DNA of 41,341 bases, taken from a virus. Taxonomy: Duplodnaviria; Caudoviricetes. Shown one piece after another: positions 36,150-41,341 of this stretch. Below the pieces are notes generated by a model, which was not told the origin of the DNA, ran no database searches, and saw nothing but the letters and a program-made list of their open reading frames with translations. Position 1 is the first letter of the stretch. The number at the start of each line of letters is the position of its first letter. The position numbers were made by a program, and so were the translations under genes. Location: positions 1-41,341 of IMG/VR virus record IMGVR_UViG_3300032270_000871. One strand, 5' to 3'.

Positions 36150-37373
36150 TTATAGCTCCGAATTTGCAGTAAACATAAAATAAGATTCTGTTGTACTACC
36201 AGTAGCAGCAAGAGTAACTGTCAATAATGCGTGGTCTGGTGTTGTATATGTTACGGGCAATGAGAAATTTCCAGTTCCACCAGATCCACTATATCTATAT
36301 CCTTGTCCAGATGTTCCATTGTTTGGACTATAAATTGTAACTGTTGGGGAATTTCTTTTTGTCACTTTCCAATATATACTTTGTGCAGTAACTGCATCAT
36401 CAGAAGCATTAAAATTTAAACCCCATGCTTTTGAATTAGTCCAGGCATATGTTTCATTAAAATTATAACCAGGAGTATATCCTGGTTGATAATTAGTTTC
36501 ATAATATCTCTGACAGAAGGCAAGCTCTTGGCCTATGGATCTTCTTTCAAAAGGAGTAGCTGTAGAACCTAATTCTAACTGAACTCCTGTGACTTGGAAT
36601 GTTGCACCATTTGTAGAAATAAGATTTGTTGAGCTTGTAGAACGATAATAATTTCCAGTTTGCCAAGAATTAAGTGTTGAAGTTTGATAATTTGAACCAG
36701 AACCCAAATCAAAAAGAACACTTATTCCGCAAGTATTATCAAGTGCTGGAACTTGCCCAGTATCACCTGCAGCAGTTACTGTTACATATTGCCAGGTATT
36801 TGTAGAATTGATTGTATAGTTAAAAACATAAGAACGATATAGTGGAACTGCAGTTTGTGCTCTTAAAAATCCAGAAAAAGTTCCGGTTAATGAAGATTTA
36901 ACCCAAAAAGATAATGTAATTGTTTTTGCCGATGCAGTTCCAAATGCAAAATCAATTATATTTTGTCCCTCTACTGGTTGGTAAATCCAAAAATTATCAC
37001 TAGCAGCAGGAGTTTTTGCATTAGTTACTGTATATTTGAGGCTATAAACAAATCCTGCAGGAGCATCGGCAACTCTTTGTGCAGTTGCTGTGCCAGTTCC
37101 TGAACCACCTATAGCAGCTGCTTGCCATCTATCAACAGTATAAAGATTGGTGTTATTCAAAGTCACAGAACCACCAGCGTTTCTCTGGTCTATTTCCATG
37201 GATCCGTTGATTATCCGATTTCTGGTGCCACTAATGGCATTTCCATTAATAGAACTCAAAGTTACATCATTAAATGTTGGAGTTCCCGAGAAAGAAACAC
37301 CACCACTACCCAGAGTTACGGTTCCTACTCCTGTTGTGCTTGTGATGGTATTAACTCTTAATTCGGAAGCCAT
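36150..37373 (-). CDS. tail fibre-like protein with carbohydrate-binding-like domain
   Basis: RNRIING..IDQR, TLSFWVKS, GVQLELG.ATPFE.R...ELAFCQRYY; AATAAATA late box at 37388-37395. Confidence 0.8.
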   Translation of the reverse strand: MASELRVNTITSTTGVGTVTLGSGGVSFSGTPTFNDVTLSSINGNAISGTRNRIINGSMEIDQRNAGGSVTLNNTNLYTVDRWQAAAIGGSGTGTATAQRVADAPAGFVYSLKYTVTNAKTPAASDNFWIYQPVEGQNIIDFAFGTASAKTITLSFWVKSSLTGTFSGFLRAQTAVPLYRSYVFNYTINSTNTWQYVTVTAAGDTGQVPALDNTCGISVLFDLGSGSNYQTSTLNSWQTGNYYRSTSSTNLISTNGATFQVTGVQLELGSTATPFERRSIGQELAFCQRYYETNYQPGYTPGYNFNETYAWTNSKAWGLNFNASDDAVTAQSIYWKVTKRNSPTVTIYSPNNGTSGQGYRYSGSGGTGNFSLPVTYTTPDHALLTVTLAATGSTTESYFMFTANSEL

Positions 37374-37410
37374 TATGGTTTTTTAAGTATTTATTAGTGG
37401 ATTATTCCTT

Positions 37411-38445
37411 CTATCTAATGTATAATTCAACTCTGGCAGTTCTATTAATGCCTGTTGTATCCTGAGCACCTGCATAATCCCCAGCAGAATAATTTCCTTT
37501 ACCACTATCCAATCCAAGTCCTCCAGAAGTATCATTAGTCGCTTGGTCATTTTCATTATTCCAGGCAAATCCCCATCTTACTCTGGAAGTGGCATTTCCC
37601 TGATAATTAAATCCGTGCCATTGAAAACCCCCCTGTGATGAAAATGTTCCAAATCCCCATCCACCAAATGATTTACCACTTCCTTTGTTTATTTGATGTC
37701 CAGTATTGAAGAAATTTTGCAGAGTTGTTTTAGCACCACCTAAGAATGAATTTTCAACCCAAGACCAACAACCAGTATTTTGTAACATTCCACCTTGACC
37801 AATATCTGGCCAAAGTGCTAATAAATCTTTGCACTGATAATAATTAAATGTATTGAATTTAGCATCGGCATCGTTTCTAGTATTATCTGCAGGAGTTAAA
37901 GTATTAATACTTGTCCAATAAGATGATGCATAGTTAAAGGTAGTTCCTCTTGTAGCTTTCATTGCCATCATCCAACCACCACCAGCCCATTTGGTATCCA
38001 TCAAACAATAAATTTGAGTAGGACCAACTGTGGGTAAGTTAATCCAATAAACACCATCAGTATTAGTTCCAGTTACATTTTTAATATCAAGAGCTGATAA
38101 TGCCGCTAATGCAGATGTTGATCCATCATATACTGTGCTTCCACTAACAACATCATACCAATAACTTCCATTATAATATTCAACTAAATTATAACTATTA
38201 TTATATCTAACCATTCCTGTTGAAGAAACGGGTCTTTGTGCTGTAGTTCCTTGTGGAAGCAAAATAGAGTCTGTTCTTGATTTTAAATCAAGAGAAGATG
38301 CTGGATTATTAGTTCCTATACCAACTCCAGAAGAATTGGTAGTCATAAAACTTGATGCTCCTGTGGCATTATAAAACTGAACTGTGCTTCCAGTTGCCGT
38401 GATGCTACTGATACCAGAGATGCCATCATAATTGATAATTGCCAT
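37411..38445 (-). CDS. virion protein with fibrinogen C-terminal-like (lectin) domain
   Basis: DGVYWI...IYCLMD...GGGWM motif after a fibre-type LPQGTTAQRP segment. Confidence 0.75.
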   Translation of the reverse strand: MAIINYDGISGISSITATGSTVQFYNATGASSFMTTNSSGVGIGTNNPASSLDLKSRTDSILLPQGTTAQRPVSSTGMVRYNNSYNLVEYYNGSYWYDVVSGSTVYDGSTSALAALSALDIKNVTGTNTDGVYWINLPTVGPTQIYCLMDTKWAGGGWMMAMKATRGTTFNYASSYWTSINTLTPADNTRNDADAKFNTFNYYQCKDLLALWPDIGQGGMLQNTGCWSWVENSFLGGAKTTLQNFFNTGHQINKGSGKSFGGWGFGTFSSQGGFQWHGFNYQGNATSRVRWGFAWNNENDQATNDTSGGLGLDSGKGNYSAGDYAGAQDTTGINRTARVELYIR

Positions 38446-38456
38446 TCTATTCTACC

Positions 38457-38723
38457 TCAAACAACTACAAGAACACCATTAACTACAATTGAACCCGTAA
38501 CATTGATTGGACCAGCCAGAAGACCATTATAATTTGCACCAATCGTATAATTTCCTGTTAAAACTTTAGGAAATAAGAGAGGAGCAGTTACTATTGCATT
38601 TGTTGCCGTCAGATTGGTAACCGTTGCATTTGCCGCATTCAGTGTTGAATTAGTTCCCCTGAGGGTAATGTCATCAATCTGAACTGGTTCTGGTAGATTG
38701 TGCTTAAATTGGTTAAGTGCCAT
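38457..38723 (-). CDS. small virion structural protein
   Basis: 88 aa, TAATG-coupled, beta-rich C-terminus. Confidence 0.7.
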   Translation of the reverse strand: MALNQFKHNLPEPVQIDDITLRGTNSTLNAANATVTNLTATNAIVTAPLLFPKVLTGNYTIGANYNGLLAGPINVTGSIVVNGVLVVV

Positions 38724-41341
38724 TATGCCTGTGCCTCAGTCCAGGAGATACGACCGAACACCTGAACTGGTGTCGGACCAACGTTTGATGCAGTAATCGT
38801 CAGAACATCAGGTCCATCAGGATAGATTTGAGTATTAGAGTTAGGACCACCACCACCAAGAATGGAGTTACCCAAGTCACGAACGTTTGAAAGATCAATA
38901 CTTTGTGTGCTGCTTGCAAAGAACCCGGCAGTAACCTCACCACCAGTAATAACGGTAGCACCACCAGAGTAGTCAGCGATTTGTGCGAGTGATGAATTGA
39001 CAAGACCAGGAATGTTACCAACGGCATTGGTCCAGGGAGTTGCCGTTGATGGGGTAGCATTCAAATATGCTCTTACCAGAACATTGGAGAATGATGTGAC
39101 AAGACCAACAGGAGAAAGTCCAAGGTCAAGAGAAACAAGTTTTAACTGCATTCTATTGATAAGTTCTCTGGCACCAAATGCCGCTGGTTGTCCATTATCA
39201 ACAGAAGGTGCAACACGAATGGAGAACAGAGCGATTTGTTGTCCTGCCGCAATAATCGTAGGAGTTCTTTGACCATAGGTGAAAATCAACGATTTGTCAT
39301 CGTCAAATCTTCCGTCCATAATCACACTTGTACCCCAGTGAGAAATTGTCGGAGCATAAGTTGGATAGGCAAGTTCTACGGCAACTGGAGCCGTTGCACT
39401 ATAAGTAAATGTCTGTGCCGATGTTGCACCCATTGGAGCAAAGGTTACGGCAACACCAGATAGAGCAAATGCGGCACCTTGAGTAAGATTAACAGTTCCT
39501 GCACCAATTGATGCAACAAAGGTTGATTCTGGGAAAGCACTGTTAATGACCCTCTGACCGACCTGAATGCCCGTTGTGGTTGCCGTTGCGACCACAGCAC
39601 CTTGTGCCACCGTAACCGATGGGGTGGCACCTGCCTGCGCTCTGGTGAGACCAGTGAAGACGCTTGTACCGGCACTTACATTACTGTAATTGACATATTC
39701 ATAAGTATTAGCATTACGAACAACCAGTGTTCCACGTGGTGGAAAACCTGTGGTACTTGCAACACTGATACTGGTATCACCTGAATTGAGCGTTGAAAGA
39801 ATATAGGTATAAGGAGGAACTGCAGAACTTTCATAACGTGCTGGTAGGTTACCAGAACGCATATATGCTTCGGTATTGAGGTTGTTGTTTGGTAACTTAT
39901 GGCAGTAGATTACGTCACCTGTTGGACCTCTAAATCCCCAACGAATAAAACCTGCACCATACCAAGAATAGTCAATATAGAACATCTGCATCTTAGAAAG
40001 ATCCAAACTATATCCAGAAGGACCTGTTCCATCACACTTATCAATATTCCATTGTGATTGGGGAATTCTTAAGTCCTGTGTCTTAGATACAATACAGAAA
40101 TCAGAGCTTGCTCCACGATAGGATGGAGTAATTGTGAGTGAGGTATCACTTGCGATACCGTCAATTCTGTATTGCTGACCGCGAATGACAATAAAGTCTC
40201 CAATATTCAGTTGCTTATTGAAGTATGTTGGGAAGGAAGCACTTGACTGAGTAATCGTATTTGATCCATTAACTACACTGACACTACCAGAAATCTGGAA
40301 GGTGGAACTTCTACGAACAGCATAGATGTTCTGCCCATCAAATTCAAAGAAAAGACCGTTCTGGAAATCATATGCACCAAGACGGTTAGTGCAACCATAC
40401 CAACCACTAATTGAAGCATAATAGTTACCAGATGCAATCAGTGATGATGGTACTGATAGTGGAATATAGGTGAATGTATTATATCCTGTTACAGAATAGG
40501 TTGTGAAGGTCCCATTATATCCTACTTCAGTTGCACCAAAAATTGTAAGAGTTGAACCTGGTTGAAGATTGTGCTGCTCTTTTGTTTGGACCGTGACAAG
40601 ACCAGTACCACTGGAAAATGTCATTGAGTCAATTTGAAGATTTGGCTTCAGAATTGAACCCGAACTGATTTGAATACCTTTACCTGACTGATAACGGAAA
40701 TAACGTCTGGTTTGACGAATTGCCTGCTCATAGTTTGCATTCGCATTACTTGTAAAAATTACGCCACCGTCAAATGGTCTGTGTAGGAACTGTGCCTGTG
40801 GTCTTACAAAAATATTTGCTCCACCTGCAGTACCGAGACCTGCTGGGTTTGGTCCATAGGTATAATAAGTGAATGTTCTGGAACTTGTGACACCAGAAAC
40901 AACGAATGAACCGTTTGGTGGAGTGGTTCCACTCAAGTTTGCCATTGCAATTTCATTACCAATTGTGAGACCGTGTGGAACGGTTGTGGTAACTCTTACG
41001 GCATTACCACCAATAGACTCAACAATTGCCGAACCAAGACCAATTGTTGCATTGGCATAAGTTGTTCCACTAAAGATACCAGTCTTATTAGCATCAAAAA
41101 TATTGGTAACCGCAGTTGAATTGACTGCTCTTGCGCTATATGTGAATTGTGTTACGGAAGGAGTTGTCTCTACGACAAAGTTTCCATTCGCAATGTTGAG
41201 ATAGGTATCCTGAATATTAACTGCCGAACCAATACCAGGAACCGCACCAGACGAAAGATTGACTGTTACTATTCTAGAATTGGTTGGCAGCGAAATGGAA
41301 CTAATCGTCTGAACCGGTGTTGCTGATTGGAATGCAAAAGG
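38723..41341 (-). CDS. large virion structural/fibre protein, 5' end outside window
   Basis: Frame stays open from 40945 to the window end; IRQTRRYFRYQSGKG and DYSWYGAG motifs. Confidence 0.8.
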   Translation of the reverse strand, partial: PFAFQSATPVQTISSISLPTNSRIVTVNLSSGAVPGIGSAVNIQDTYLNIANGNFVVETTPSVTQFTYSARAVNSTAVTNIFDANKTGIFSGTTYANATIGLGSAIVESIGGNAVRVTTTVPHGLTIGNEIAMANLSGTTPPNGSFVVSGVTSSRTFTYYTYGPNPAGLGTAGGANIFVRPQAQFLHRPFDGGVIFTSNANANYEQAIRQTRRYFRYQSGKGIQISSGSILKPNLQIDSMTFSSGTGLVTVQTKEQHNLQPGSTLTIFGATEVGYNGTFTTYSVTGYNTFTYIPLSVPSSLIASGNYYASISGWYGCTNRLGAYDFQNGLFFEFDGQNIYAVRRSSTFQISGSVSVVNGSNTITQSSASFPTYFNKQLNIGDFIVIRGQQYRIDGIASDTSLTITPSYRGASSDFCIVSKTQDLRIPQSQWNIDKCDGTGPSGYSLDLSKMQMFYIDYSWYGAGFIRWGFRGPTGDVIYCHKLPNNNLNTEAYMRSGNLPARYESSAVPPYTYILSTLNSGDTSISVASTTGFPPRGTLVVRNANTYEYVNYSNVSAGTSVFTGLTRAQAGATPSVTVAQGAVVATATTTGIQVGQRVINSAFPESTFVASIGAGTVNLTQGAAFALSGVAVTFAPMGATSAQTFTYSATAPVAVELAYPTYAPTISHWGTSVIMDGRFDDDKSLIFTYGQRTPTIIAAGQQIALFSIRVAPSVDNGQPAAFGARELINRMQLKLVSLDLGLSPVGLVTSFSNVLVRAYLNATPSTATPWTNAVGNIPGLVNSSLAQIADYSGGATVITGGEVTAGFFASSTQSIDLSNVRDLGNSILGGGGPNSNTQIYPDGPDVLTITASNVGPTPVQVFGRISWTEAQA

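Overview
41.3-kb segment of a T4-like cyanomyovirus (Kyanoviridae-type; cyanobacterial host inferred). Most genes lie on the minus strand. From left to right the window holds: small early genes and an SF2 helicase behind repeated promoter motifs; a tail fibre/adhesin module; three tRNAs with an orphan Phd-like antitoxin; the baseplate hub and tail module (gp5, lysin, tape-measure-like, gp51, gp26, gp54-like, gp4, gp2-like, gp48, gp53); replication and transcription genes (gp32, gp59, gp33, exonuclease); a flavin-dependent halogenase, phoH, thyX and glutaredoxin; and further virion or fibre proteins. The most interesting signals are: (1) a host-like nitrogen circuit at 33.6-34.0 kb, with an NtcA box over a promoter, tandem glutamine-riboswitch-like aptamers (the second carrying a whole 50-codon ORF inside a stem-loop) and a small basic peptide; (2) a T-TTT-TTC slippery site that would fuse gp26 to gp51 by a -1 frameshift just upstream of the tape-measure-like gene; (3) tRNAs with swapped variable-arm architecture; (4) a fixed-spacing promoter/terminator motif found four times; and (5) a stand-alone sRNA with back-to-back promoters. 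All family assignments come from motif recognition, not database searches.
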